Shown in pieces: positions 1 to 11,176 of a DNA stretch of 64,000 nt; within the stretch, counting starts at the first letter, position 1; each line of letters opens with the position of its first letter. The stretch covers positions 160,142 through 224,141 of the forward strand of contig JAJYDJ010000001.1 of the NCBI GenBank assembly GCA_021777565.1, in the 5' to 3' direction. Origin of the DNA: a bacterium. GTDB lineage: Bacteria; Patescibacteriota; Microgenomatia; Levybacterales; UBA12049. The notes under the pieces were generated by a model. It saw only the letters and a program-made list of their open reading frames with translations, was not told the origin of the DNA and did no database searches. A program made the position numbers and the translations under genes.

Positions 1-858
1 GCCACCAAAGAGTGATCGTTTTAGTCCGCCTGTTTTGTCCCACGCTTCAAAGACAGTTCGAGTGTAGTAATCAAACCCGCGTGCGATGATAGGGTCATAG
101 ACGATATAGTCGCGAATTCCTTCGTATTTATCCAGTGCGGCAAAAACCTTCGAAAGCCATGGCGCCTTAGTGACATCGGTGTCTTTGAAAAAGGCATTCA
201 ATTTTTCCACTTGTTCATCACTGAGTCCTTGCTCAAAAAGCATTTCATCAAATTCTTCTTGTGACACTTTTTCTTTGCGATCGATAATGCGAAGCAGTGG
301 CATGTATTTATCTTTCTCAATACCAAGGGAGGTAATAAAGCCTTCAAAATAAGACCGGTCATTGACACGAATGATGACCTCATCAGGAGTGAGTCCAATT
401 TCTTTGAAAAAGGTTCCGGCAATAGCAAGAATTTCTGCGTCAGCCTCGGGCGTTTCAGGGCCAAGAACATTAATCTCCCATTGGAAGAACTCTCTCCCAC
501 GCCCTTTTTGTGGCTTCTCATATCTCCACCCACGTCCAAACATGAACCAGCGTATTGGCTGGATCAATTGTTGGGATTTTTGTGCAACCAGTCGGGCAAA
601 CGTTGGGGTCAATTCTGGACGAAGTACGAGCGTTCTGTCGTCCCTATCTTTGAGGGTGAACACTTGCTCAGCAAGGATTTCTTCACTGGTTTTGTCAGCG
701 TAGAGCGTGATGTATTCAATCTCTGGCCCATCGTATTCCTGATAGCCAAAAAGTGCTGAGACTTTGCGCATTTTTTGATAAAGCCAGTCACGCAATACAA
801 AGTCCTCAGGATAGAAATCCCGAGTTCCCGTTACATTTTGTACAAGTGTCTTATTCAT
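1..858 (-). CDS. hisS: histidyl-tRNA synthetase, N-terminal ~286 codons; gene runs off the window start so the C-terminal part is missing
   Basis: Reverse-complement translation begins MNKTLVQNVTGTRDFYPEDF and contains LRPELTPTFAR and RYEKPQKGRGREFFQ, the class II HisRS motif 1/2 signatures. Not in the ORF track because it has no stop inside the window. Confidence 0.8.
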   Translation of the reverse strand, partial: MNKTLVQNVTGTRDFYPEDFVLRDWLYQKMRKVSALFGYQEYDGPEIEYITLYADKTSEEILAEQVFTLKDRDDRTLVLRPELTPTFARLVAQKSQQLIQPIRWFMFGRGWRYEKPQKGRGREFFQWEINVLGPETPEADAEILAIAGTFFKEIGLTPDEVIIRVNDRSYFEGFITSLGIEKDKYMPLLRIIDRKEKVSQEEFDEMLFEQGLSDEQVEKLNAFFKDTDVTKAPWLSKVFAALDKYEGIRDYIVYDPIIARGFDYYTRTVFEAWDKTGGLKRSLFGG

Positions 859-872
859 AGGTCAATTATATA

Positions 873-895
873 CTAAAAAATCCCCTTGCGGGGAT
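873..895 (-). terminator. rho-independent terminator downstream of the AI-2E transporter gene, directly abutting the hisS start
   Basis: On the minus strand, ATCCCC-GCAA-GGGGAT hairpin followed by TTTTT, then TATATAAT about 9 nt before the hisS start codon. Confidence 0.5.
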
Positions 896-1001
896 CAATC
901 TTGGCACAGACCATCACCCCACGTTATGCGGCTGAGTGATGTGTATGTGTGCAAGTACGTTGCATAAGCTGAGTATAGGATTTTTGGGTAGGGAAGTCAA
1001 A

Positions 1002-2015
1002 TTACTTGACTGATTCGGTGTGCATGAGGTGCTTCCAGAGCCTGTGGGCGACCACGACCAAGATACCAAGGACTGGGATAGCCAGAAGTGCCCCGATATT
1101 GCCTGCGAGCTTGAAACCAACCACGAATGAAAGGAGGACGATGATTGGGTGCAGATTAAATGCGTTACCTAAAAGTTTTGGACCAATAACGTTAAAGATA
1201 ATTTGTTCGGCAATCAACAGAAGCAACAAGACTGGGATAATGACACTGGATGCAAAAAGCAGACAGACGACAACTGGTGGGATCAGGGCAAGTGCCGGGC
1301 CAAGCAGTGGAACGATGGTAAGAAGTCCTGCCACAATGGCTGCAGTGAGGGCAAATTCTACATGGAAAATCATTAACACGATCCACGTGGTGACACCTGA
1401 AAGGACTCCAAACACCAGCTGTACTCTAAGGAATGAGGCGAAGGTGCTCTCAATAACATCCTGTACCAGGCGCATTTCTTTGTGCCAGGAAGTTGGCGCA
1501 AGGTTATATAACTCACGAAGAATGGTTTCTTTATCAACGATCAGATAGAAACTAATAATAATCGTCAAGATAAAGTAGAGGAGGAAGTTGGCTACTGATG
1601 GAATGACCACAAGTGAGTTTGAAATATTCCCAGTAACAAAATCTAAGAGTTTATTTGAGAATGTTGATGATGCCGCGGACCCTACGTATTTTGGTAAGAA
1701 CGTGACAATTGCTTCAACTTGAGAAGTGATCGTTGGAATGAAATAGATGATAAAGGTGGTGATGATCCCAATAAATATCAAGTAGACAATAGTTGCGGCA
1801 AATATTTTTTTGATGTGAAGCATGCGAGTGAGATAGTCAACCGGTGGCTCCAAAATAAAACTAATAAGCCAAGCAGAAATCATGATGATAAATACATCAG
1901 AGAAATTGCCTAAAAATGCCCATACATTTTGGAAAAGATACAGACCAACGGCCAGGATAAGAAGGGTTACCAGAAGCTTTGTTGAGCTTACTTGCTGTTT
2001 GATTGCATCCATCAT
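1002..2015 (-). CDS. AI-2E family transporter-like permease (PerM/UPF0118)
   Basis: 337 aa with multiple TM helices; C-terminal LGPALALIPPVVVCLLF-type segment typical of the AI-2E family. Confidence 0.55.
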   Translation of the reverse strand: MMDAIKQQVSSTKLLVTLLILAVGLYLFQNVWAFLGNFSDVFIIMISAWLISFILEPPVDYLTRMLHIKKIFAATIVYLIFIGIITTFIIYFIPTITSQVEAIVTFLPKYVGSAASSTFSNKLLDFVTGNISNSLVVIPSVANFLLYFILTIIISFYLIVDKETILRELYNLAPTSWHKEMRLVQDVIESTFASFLRVQLVFGVLSGVTTWIVLMIFHVEFALTAAIVAGLLTIVPLLGPALALIPPVVVCLLFASSVIIPVLLLLLIAEQIIFNVIGPKLLGNAFNLHPIIVLLSFVVGFKLAGNIGALLAIPVLGILVVVAHRLWKHLMHTESVK

Positions 2016-2057
2016 AACTTGATTGTAGCAACTGTGTGAGTAATCTACAACACAATA

Positions 2058-2804
2058 TTATTTTGCAGCACTGGAAGCAGCTTGAGTGGCGCCAAGTTCT
2101 TGTAAAATCCCTTGGTTGATGACTGGATTTATTGGCAGGTCAGTAAATTCTATGACGCGAAGTGCATTGATATTCCCATTGGATTCAGGCATACCAATAA
2201 CACTCACACGCTTGCCAACAACAAGTTTGGAAAAGCCAGCTTTGGCAATATTGGTACTTTGGCTGTAGGTAGAGGTTTTGGTGGTATTTTGTATATCTAC
2301 GGTCACTTTTTTATTGGCATTGGTAACAATCACCATTTGATAATTCTTCTTGTCTATTGAACCGATGGCACCAGTTAAGAACTGGGGAAGATTCATGACA
2401 TCCACAAAACGACCTAACATACGCTGAGAGTCTTTGTTATACAGTCCCAAAATACCCAATGTTGCCCCTTTTTGGATATCAGAGATGCCAAAGTTATTAC
2501 TTTTGGGAGAAGAGAATTTTGTAAGTTCATCAACGTCGACATAGCGTGTGTTCCCAGCGAGATCGGTCAGTGTAAGTTGGGTGTCACTTGTATCGGTGAC
2601 TGTTCCGATAAATCCACGTTTCTCAACCAGCTTGAGCTCAGCGACTTTGGAGGCGATGCGTGACTTGAGTGCGTCAATCTCAGGATTGAGTGTTGGGGTA
2701 GCTGACGTACTCGCCGCTGCTGGCGTAATCGTAGGTGTAGGGGCCGCCGCGTAGACGGTGGTATGCATAAAGAGTGCAAGTAATGTTGTGATGATTTGTA
2801 TCAT
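2058..2804 (-). CDS. secreted hypothetical protein
   Basis: N-terminal signal peptide (MIQIITTLLALFMHTTVYAAAP) followed by an Ala/Thr/Pro linker; no recognisable catalytic motif. Confidence 0.4.
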   Translation of the reverse strand: MIQIITTLLALFMHTTVYAAAPTPTITPAAASTSATPTLNPEIDALKSRIASKVAELKLVEKRGFIGTVTDTSDTQLTLTDLAGNTRYVDVDELTKFSSPKSNNFGISDIQKGATLGILGLYNKDSQRMLGRFVDVMNLPQFLTGAIGSIDKKNYQMVIVTNANKKVTVDIQNTTKTSTYSQSTNIAKAGFSKLVVGKRVSVIGMPESNGNINALRVIEFTDLPINPVINQGILQELGATQAASSAAK

Positions 2805-2807
2805 AGG

Positions 2808-3278
2808 TTAAAAATCCTCAGTACTTGAGGTAACGGTAAAGGTTTTCTGTGATTCCTGGCCATCAGGTGCGATAGCAGTAATGGTAATAAGATTTTCGCC
2901 ACTTTGCAGTACTGTCGTGAGTGAATAGGTTCCTGCAGAGGTTGGTGTTACCACTTGGTCATCGGTTGCCGTTGTCAACTCGAGTGTTGCATCGGGAACC
3001 GTTTTACCGGTGATAGTAAGGCTTCGTGAGGTAATGACACTTTCATCAGCGGGACTATCCACACTTAATTGGACGGCATTGGATGGGGTTGGGGTAGGAT
3101 TGGTAATTGAAATGGTCGGTATTTTGTTCTGAGGGATAGCCCTGACTATCTGGTACACAAAAAATGCTGCACCTGCCACAAATAGCCCAATGGAGATTGC
3201 AATAAAAGACAAAATGACTTTTTCTAGCTTCATAGCCTTTGGTGGGTCAATCATAGTGTATCGCATACTTCTTGTCAA
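2808..3278 (-). CDS. membrane-anchored Ig-like (Big) domain protein
   Basis: N-terminal TM anchor and beta-rich Ig-like repeat (SLTITGKTVPDATLELTT...TFTVTS); 4-nt gap to the upstream gene suggests an operon. Confidence 0.4.
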   Translation of the reverse strand: MTRSMRYTMIDPPKAMKLEKVILSFIAISIGLFVAGAAFFVYQIVRAIPQNKIPTISITNPTPTPSNAVQLSVDSPADESVITSRSLTITGKTVPDATLELTTATDDQVVTPTSAGTYSLTTVLQSGENLITITAIAPDGQESQKTFTVTSSTEDF

Positions 3279-3307
3279 TGAAACCCAGGGTATGATAGGA
3301 TGGGTTC

Positions 3308-3808
3308 ATGGAAATAATCTTCGTGAGTGAAAAAGCACTTCGTCTAAAAAGTAAAACAGCTACCTTTGGGATTTTTGGGAGAGATGAAAAAGAGAAAACA
3401 GTACTTGATGCTATCTTCTCATTTGGCCAGGCAACATTGGATGGTGAGACAGTCATTTTTACTGGCCCAGGAGAATATGAGGTAAAAGGAGTAAAAATAA
3501 CTGGGGAAGGCAAAGATATACTTCGTGGATTCTCTGGAAGAATTGAGAATATGCAAGTGTTTATCGGTCAAGCAAGTACCCTTGGTGATCCTAAAGATCT
3601 TCCAGAGGCTGATGTTGCCATCATTCGGGCAGATGTCTCTATGGAGTTAAAGCCTATTGCCAATCTCGGAGCACACTTGGTAGTTCTGTCAGGTCCTGAA
3701 GCTTTAAAAATTGCACAGCAATTACAACCTGATATCCAGGAGGTATCAAAGGTTGCCATTATTAAAGATAAACTTGCTGAAGATATGCAAGTTGTTGTAT
3801 TAGGATAA
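3308..3808 (+). CDS. hypothetical protein
   Basis: 166-aa ORF with coding-like composition; no motif recognised. Confidence 0.35.
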   Translation: MEIIFVSEKALRLKSKTATFGIFGRDEKEKTVLDAIFSFGQATLDGETVIFTGPGEYEVKGVKITGEGKDILRGFSGRIENMQVFIGQASTLGDPKDLPEADVAIIRADVSMELKPIANLGAHLVVLSGPEALKIAQQLQPDIQEVSKVAIIKDKLAEDMQVVVLG

Positions 3809-3870
3809 CGCTAATCTGATCCCCTCTGTTCTCTTGTTTTTCTTGTGTTATTTGTCATATCTTTAATGGT

Positions 3871-5205
3871 ATGAAGACCCGTATCCCACCACATAATGAA
3901 GAAGCCGAAAAAAGTGTCCTCGGTGCAATCCTGCTGGACAAGGAAGCCATCAATACCGTCTCAGGCATTCTCAATGCGACTGATTTTTACAACCCTCATC
4001 ATGAAACACTGTATGGTGCCATGATGACACTTTTTGAAGAGCGAGAACCAATTGATGTCGTGACACTCTCGACATTTCTCAAGAAGAAAAAGCAGTATGA
4101 ACAAGTTGGGGGCGCACGATATTTGGCAGAGCTTGCCGAAGGAGTCCCAACCGCAGCCAATGTCGAGACCTATGCCCACCTGATTAAAGAATCCGCAACC
4201 AAACGGGGCCTCATCCACATGGCAGCTAACGTGTCTGATCTGTGTTTTGATGAGGATAAAAGTATTAATGATATTTTGGATACTGCCGAAAGTACCGTTT
4301 TTTCTATTGCTCAGGGCAATATCGCTGGAGGATTCGTCTCCATCAGAGATTCGCTGGCAGAAAGTTTTGAGCGTATCGATACGCTCCATAAAACAGGGGA
4401 TGGCATGCGAGGGGTTCCGACTGGATTTACGGATCTGGATAAAACACTCTCTGGTCTGCAGCCAAGCAATCTTCTCATCCTTGCAGCCCGACCAGGTGTA
4501 GGGAAGACGGGGTTTGCGCTGAATATGGCCCAAAATATTGCACTGCAGACCAAACGAGCTGTCGGGTTTTTCTCTCTGGAAATGAGTAAAGAAGAATTGG
4601 TCGACCGTATGTTAACGGGCCAGGCCAATATCGACGCATGGAGACTCAAGACGGGGAGACTGACTGAGGATGATTGGGAACGAGTGAGTCAGGCGATGGG
4701 GGAGCTTGCTGATGCAAAATTGTTTATTGATGATACACCGGGTATTACGATCAACGAAATGAGAACTAAAGCCAGAAGACTCCATTTGGAGCATAACGTG
4801 TCACTGTTTGTTGTTGACTATTTGCAGCTGATGAATCCTGGGAAAAAGGTAGAAAATCGTGTGCAAGAAGTCTCTCTTATTTCAAAGTTTTTGAAAAATC
4901 TTGCTCGTGAGCTCAAAGTACCCGTGCTTGCGCTTTCACAGCTCAATCGTTCTGTTGAGCATCGTGATAAGAATAGACCTGTACTTGCTGATCTTCGTGA
5001 ATCAGGAACCATCGAGCAGGACGCTGACGTTGTCATGTTCTTGTATCGCCCTGATGAAGAAGAACAGATCAACAGTAATGTGAAAAACTATAAATTAATG
5101 ATTGCAAAACATCGTAATGGCGCGATGGGGGAGATAGATCTTATCTTCAGAGGGGATCGTGTCAAATTCTTCAGTGTTGATAAAGTTCCCGGAGAAACCT
5201 CATAG
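3871..5205 (+). CDS. dnaB: replicative DNA helicase
   Basis: N-terminal PPHNEEAEKSVLGAILLD, Walker A GARPGVGKTGFALN, and a RecA-like C-terminal domain. Confidence 0.92.
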   Translation: MKTRIPPHNEEAEKSVLGAILLDKEAINTVSGILNATDFYNPHHETLYGAMMTLFEEREPIDVVTLSTFLKKKKQYEQVGGARYLAELAEGVPTAANVETYAHLIKESATKRGLIHMAANVSDLCFDEDKSINDILDTAESTVFSIAQGNIAGGFVSIRDSLAESFERIDTLHKTGDGMRGVPTGFTDLDKTLSGLQPSNLLILAARPGVGKTGFALNMAQNIALQTKRAVGFFSLEMSKEELVDRMLTGQANIDAWRLKTGRLTEDDWERVSQAMGELADAKLFIDDTPGITINEMRTKARRLHLEHNVSLFVVDYLQLMNPGKKVENRVQEVSLISKFLKNLARELKVPVLALSQLNRSVEHRDKNRPVLADLRESGTIEQDADVVMFLYRPDEEEQINSNVKNYKLMIAKHRNGAMGEIDLIFRGDRVKFFSVDKVPGETS

Positions 5206-6084
5206 TCCAGTCAGATCAATATCTTGTGCTGAGTATTCAATCCCATTGAAAATATATGTTTTTGCATAATTGTAGGTGGCTGCGTAGGCACTGGGGTATT
5301 CAAGAAAGTTAATAGAATGGTTAAATAAACTGGCGTTATGCTTATACATCGTGTAGGTAAGATACTCGCCATTCATATCTGCAAAACATTCATTCACGGG
5401 TGTGCCGCCACCAGCAGGACTCACACAGTTTTGCGTTGGAAGTTTCTCATGAGTGAATATGGTATTTTCATAATTCGTAAATACATTGTTTACATTTTTG
5501 TCGAGTATCAAATGTCCCAGTTCGTGCGCCATCACAAACATACTGGCCATAGGGTAGTCTGGACACCAGCCGATGGCTGAACAGTAGGCACTCTGATCGC
5601 TACAATAATTAGATAATGCATGCGGACCTCCAGAGATACCAAGTCCACAATTACTAACACCGTTCCCCCAGGAGAATGGAGCACTCACAAAATACACCGT
5701 TGCTGCACCCAAAAGATTCCCGTAGGTGCTTGATTTGTTAAGAAGACACAGCGTTTTGTAGGCGATGCGCTGTTGTCTGAGAACGGTTGCCTGATCGGTA
5801 CTATCTGAGGCAAAGGTGATGTGATAGCGTGAAGTCAAAAGAGAAGAAATATCTCCTCCCGTTGGTGGTGTGCAGTTACCTGCTGGCGCAAATGTCGTTT
5901 GAATATCAATGGTATTAAGGTTAATGGATTGTTTTGTTGATGCGTCAGGCACTTTTACCACCTGCTGCACAATTTCTCCTGGCACCGTGATCACAGGGAG
6001 TCTGCCAAAAGGAAGTCCACTCACCAAAAAAGTAGAGATGACCGCGACTGCAATGATAAGAATTGTCTCATATCCACCACGCAT
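5200..6084 (-). CDS. membrane-anchored extracytoplasmic zincin-like metallopeptidase (HEXXH)
   Basis: HELGH motif and many Cys residues. Start placed at internal Met (MRGGYET...) because that N-terminus aligns over ~70 aa with the CHAP paralog at 6850-7641; the ORF-track start is 6132. Confidence 0.5.
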   Translation of the reverse strand: MRGGYETILIIAVAVISTFLVSGLPFGRLPVITVPGEIVQQVVKVPDASTKQSINLNTIDIQTTFAPAGNCTPPTGGDISSLLTSRYHITFASDSTDQATVLRQQRIAYKTLCLLNKSSTYGNLLGAATVYFVSAPFSWGNGVSNCGLGISGGPHALSNYCSDQSAYCSAIGWCPDYPMASMFVMAHELGHLILDKNVNNVFTNYENTIFTHEKLPTQNCVSPAGGGTPVNECFADMNGEYLTYTMYKHNASLFNHSINFLEYPSAYAATYNYAKTYIFNGIEYSAQDIDLTGL

Positions 6085-6103
6085 ATACTCATGATAACAG
6101 ATG

Positions 6104-6865
6104 CTACTGGTAGGTAATATCAAGGGAATCAATCTGGGACTGGTTCAGCCCGAGGGATAGTGCCCAGGTGTTAAATGCCTCTCTAGCACTTACACTGTCA
6201 TGTTGAGGTGATGCGACTGAAAAGGCAAAATGTTCCTGTGGTGATTCTACTAGTTGTCCGGTAAGTGAAAAGGCACTTTCAGTGTGTGGTGCATGATCCA
6301 TAAGGTAAGCATCAGGATATTTATTTTTATTTGTTTCGCTACGGAGAATATTATGGTTGTCTGGGAATGGTTGTGTACTATCCTGGATAGTACTGAAAGC
6401 AAAGCTGTTGTATGTCACCTGATTTTGACTGCCAACAAAGACGTAGTAGGTGGTATTGGCCTGTAGCGGTTGGCTTAGTGTCATCTGGTATTGATTGCCA
6501 GTCTGGCTCAGGGTAAATGGAACACTTGGCACGATATCGGCATGAATCTGGTCAGTTGTAGGGGACTGAGACAAGGTAAAACTTATATTAGTAGCAAGAG
6601 GGACGTTAGTTGCTTGGTTGGCTGGTGTACTGGAGATGATTGTCAAAACTGGTGGCGGTGTGGGCTTAGTGGTCTGGCCGCTGCTTGGCAGAGAGGACGT
6701 AGGTTGTGTTGATCCACCTGTTGGGATAGGGACGAGCGGATTTTGGCCAGGAGTGGTTTTAAATGAGGTAGTGTAGATCAGAAAAACGGTGATCAAAATA
6801 ATACCGACTCCAATAATGCCACTGATGAGTAACAGATTTCTTTGCATAGCTATATTGGCCTCCAA
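6104..6865 (-). CDS. membrane-anchored surface protein with SbsA/Big_5-like Ig domain
   Basis: N-terminal TM helix, Ser/Thr/Pro linker, STPANQATNVPLATNISFTLSQ pattern typical of bacterial Ig-like domain 5; overlaps both neighbours, indicating an operon. Confidence 0.45.
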   Translation of the reverse strand: MEANIAMQRNLLLISGIIGVGIILITVFLIYTTSFKTTPGQNPLVPIPTGGSTQPTSSLPSSGQTTKPTPPPVLTIISSTPANQATNVPLATNISFTLSQSPTTDQIHADIVPSVPFTLSQTGNQYQMTLSQPLQANTTYYVFVGSQNQVTYNSFAFSTIQDSTQPFPDNHNILRSETNKNKYPDAYLMDHAPHTESAFSLTGQLVESPQEHFAFSVASPQHDSVSAREAFNTWALSLGLNQSQIDSLDITYQ

Positions 6866-7641
6866 AATCCAGATAAACCAGGATCATCATATCGCTCTGT
6901 TTGGACAATATCAACCGAGCCATCGCCACCATTTGCCTCTGCTACGGTAAAGTACGTGCTGTGTGCATCAAGGACATAGGCGATGTGGTTGGCCCCTGGC
7001 TCACCCCATATCGCGAAATCTCCTGTTTGTGCTTTCTGTGCGGGGGTAACCCACTGGAAATTGGATGCTTCAATGATGGAGGCATTGGCAGGGTAATGTG
7101 GTTTGGCGTAGGCGTACGCATTGCCAAATCCGACTGGTAAAAATTTATGCTGTGGGGTCAGGTAGTAAGAAACAGCCGCTGCAAATCCGACACATTGCAG
7201 ACATGTCTCTCCTGGTAGTTTTTTTTGATTGTCACATAGAATTCCTGTTGCACTGTCATGGATCATTGGATATATTTCCGGGTGCAAAATGCCATCCGGT
7301 ATGAGAGGGAAAAGAGGTGATGGATTGCCAGCGATACAGCTACTGCCACCCCTCACAAATCCTCCACAAGTACTTTGAATCACATCAACAAGGGTTTTTA
7401 CTTTCCCGGCAATGCCACTCATCCCTTGCGGTGCCCAGGTTGTCTGAATATCTAGCGTCTTCGCCTGAATACCGTACTGGGTGCTGGCACCTGGGGGAAT
7501 AATTTTTTGCTGGACAATCTCTCCTGGAGCGGTGAGTTGAGGCAGGCTTTTCCATGGCAATCCACTCACAATGAGGGTAGAAACAAGCGCGATAATGATC
7601 AGAAGTAGTGTCTCGTACCCACCTTTTGTATACCTATGCAT
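6850..7641 (-). CDS. membrane-anchored CHAP-domain peptidoglycan hydrolase
   Basis: CHAP signatures CLQCVGFAAAVSYY (Cys), GNAYAYA, GDFAIWGEPGANHIAYVLD (His); N-terminal signal-anchor KGGYETLLLIIIALVSTLIVSGL. Confidence 0.6.
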   Translation of the reverse strand: MHRYTKGGYETLLLIIIALVSTLIVSGLPWKSLPQLTAPGEIVQQKIIPPGASTQYGIQAKTLDIQTTWAPQGMSGIAGKVKTLVDVIQSTCGGFVRGGSSCIAGNPSPLFPLIPDGILHPEIYPMIHDSATGILCDNQKKLPGETCLQCVGFAAAVSYYLTPQHKFLPVGFGNAYAYAKPHYPANASIIEASNFQWVTPAQKAQTGDFAIWGEPGANHIAYVLDAHSTYFTVAEANGGDGSVDIVQTERYDDPGLSGFWRPI

Positions 7642-7689
7642 GTATTCATCGTATCAGGTTTGGGACATGTCTTTCCATAGGATTGATCG

Positions 7690-7719
7690 TTGACTTTACC
7701 TATTCCTGACGGCTATAAT
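7690..7719 (+). promoter_or_regulatory. sigma70-type promoter for 16S rRNA
   Basis: TTGACT (-35), 18-nt spacer, TATAAT (-10), about 125 nt upstream of the 16S 5' end. Confidence 0.55.
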
Positions 7720-7743
7720 ACAGGCACGACGTTTTTTACGTAG

Positions 7744-7754
7744 TTCTTTAACAA
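7744..7754 (+). promoter_or_regulatory. boxA-like rRNA antitermination element in the 16S leader
   Basis: GTTCTTTAACAA versus E. coli rrn boxA GCTCTTTAACAA (one mismatch), followed by leader hairpins (for example the AGTACTTTGCA...TGCAGAGTACT inverted repeat). Confidence 0.45.
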
Positions 7755-7845
7755 GAGAAGCGACACTTTAAATATACACACTTCTTGAAAGGCAAGAAGT
7801 GGTAGGAACCGTTAGTACTTTGCATACGTGCAGAGTACTTCCTTT

Positions 7846-9308
<1,463 letters not shown>

Positions 9309-9750
9309 CTAAATCAAATATATAGAGGTCTCTCCCGCAATCCTTAAGGGAGGGCATAGAAAAGCTTTTATATATGCCGAAAGAGAGAAGGTACGGAAAG
9401 TCTCGAGCAATCGAGATAAAAGTACACCCTCGTTGCAGATACGAGTATTGGCCCAAACCAATGAAAATCTGTATTTGTCCTACCACTTCTTGAAGTTCAA
9501 GAGTGTGTGTCGTTTCTCTGGAACTTTTAAAAACGTATGCAAAAAGATGGTCTTGTACAAATTCTTTCGGGACTTCTTCTCTTTATTCTCTGTTTCACAC
9601 TCATTTTTTTCTTCCCTAAGAGTCATCAGGATGTAGAAATTGGTAAAAGTGTTCTGCCTCTTCACGTGATCAAATAATTTAGCTTTGTAGTCAGAATACT
9701 GACAGAAATTTGGGTCACAGGTCTTCCCAGTGCTATAATGGCAGCTATCT

Positions 9751-10980
9751 ATGGGAAAAGAAAAGATTTATCTAGGATTTCTCTTGGGATTTTGGTTATT
9801 ACAGCTCCTTTGTGGTGCTGGGCTTCTCTATATCGTTGGTATTAATCAAAATGCGTTACTCTTGCAAGATATACAGTCACGGCTTCATGATGATGTTACG
9901 TATCGGGATGGGAAGTGGGATACATATCGCTATAATGCAGATCCTTCAGTCCCCGGGAATGCGTATTCTGTCTATATGATTACCACGGATGGATTTGTCA
10001 TCGAGAGATGGCATCCAATTCAGGGACTTCTTGATACTTCTGATTTTAAACATTTACTCCAATTACAAACTCCTCAAACAATCACAACTATCACTAATCA
10101 AACTTGGCGTGTCTTTTCATTGCCTATCCAACAATCGGGGAGTGTTATTGGTGTCATTACGGTCTCATCGTTTACCCCAACAGACATGGACATGGGACAA
10201 ATTGATAGTGCACTTGAGGACAATGCACATGTTATCCTTGATCATTTGACGGTAAAAAATGGCATTATCTCTGCACGAAACCTTGATGTCAGGGCGATCC
10301 CATACACACTTTCTTTTCAAGTGGTCAATCAATTTAATAAAATTATTGTCAAAAATAATAACTTTAATAGTATTGATCGCTTACCAAATTTTATTGATCC
10401 TAGTTATGTCGATAACGCACTGCATAGTCCACATGAGCGAGTGGTTGCAGATAGTCTCACGGGTGAACATTATTATGTTGTTACCTCAGCGCTTACTGAT
10501 GCCAAGGGGACAGTGCGTGGCGTGATAGTGGTGACAAAGTCGATTAGCTATCTCTATCATCTCTTACTCTGGTACTTCATTGGTCAGCTAGGCGTAGGCA
10601 TCTTGAGCAGTGTGGTGCTCTCATGGTATGTCACTCTACATCCACTCACCCCGGCAAAGGAGAAACCGCTCACCTTTGTTCACTTTGATAAAAAGACCTC
10701 GGTCCTTTCCTTGAATGAATTTGACATGGTTATCCCTTTCGCTACCAATCAATATTATCTTTGTGAGGCGATTTGTGCCCATCCAAAAAAGAAATGGGAG
10801 GTAGGGGAGCTACTTGATCGATTTGGGATTGAGGCGAGCAGTGAGAATGCCCGCAAAGTGTATGACGCGATGCTGCTTCTCAATAAGAAAATTATGACAG
10901 TACAATCAAAGCGTCTGGTGATGATGCAGGATAGACGATATTTCTGTAATCCAGAACTTGCCGCACTGATTTCTTCATAA
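9751..10980 (+). CDS. two-TM membrane protein with a ~250-aa extracytoplasmic domain (sensor-like, no output domain), hypothetical
   Basis: TM1 at residues 5-30 and TM2 near 270-295; TATAAT (-10) lies 12 nt upstream of the ATG. Confidence 0.45.
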   Translation: MGKEKIYLGFLLGFWLLQLLCGAGLLYIVGINQNALLLQDIQSRLHDDVTYRDGKWDTYRYNADPSVPGNAYSVYMITTDGFVIERWHPIQGLLDTSDFKHLLQLQTPQTITTITNQTWRVFSLPIQQSGSVIGVITVSSFTPTDMDMGQIDSALEDNAHVILDHLTVKNGIISARNLDVRAIPYTLSFQVVNQFNKIIVKNNNFNSIDRLPNFIDPSYVDNALHSPHERVVADSLTGEHYYVVTSALTDAKGTVRGVIVVTKSISYLYHLLLWYFIGQLGVGILSSVVLSWYVTLHPLTPAKEKPLTFVHFDKKTSVLSLNEFDMVIPFATNQYYLCEAICAHPKKKWEVGELLDRFGIEASSENARKVYDAMLLLNKKIMTVQSKRLVMMQDRRYFCNPELAALISS

Positions 10981-11035
10981 GCTGACTCCTTCGTGAGTAA
11001 CAGTGACTCACCTCACATTTAGTTATGCTAAAAGC

Positions 11036-11176
11036 ATGAAAAAAATAATGTGGGAGGTCGGTGCAGGGGTACTGTTAGTACTCTTGACTGTTTCTTTATA
11101 TCTGTGGCTTCCTGTCTCAAAAAATCAGGTGCAGTATGGAAGAACTGTTGTCCCTGTGCAATTACTTCAAAACTAA
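11036..11176 (+). CDS. possible small membrane protein (46 aa)
   Basis: ATG-initiated MKKIMWEVGAGVLLVLLTVSLYLWLP... with one TM helix, in an otherwise unexplained 180-nt gap. Below the ORF-track size cutoff. Confidence 0.2.
   Translation: MKKIMWEVGAGVLLVLLTVSLYLWLPVSKNQVQYGRTVVPVQLLQN

Noticed and set aside
5880-6084. Canonical type IV prepilin (class III) signal in the GGYET N-termini
   Set aside because: Glu is at +2 after the Gly rather than the required +5 and no PilD-like cleavage context. Treated as an ordinary signal-anchor module, not a pilin.
9309-9750. Searched the 440-nt region after 16S for tRNA-Ile, tRNA-Ala or a 23S start
   Set aside because: No cloverleaf-compatible sequence or 23S 5' signature. 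Only AT-rich spacer with small hairpins.
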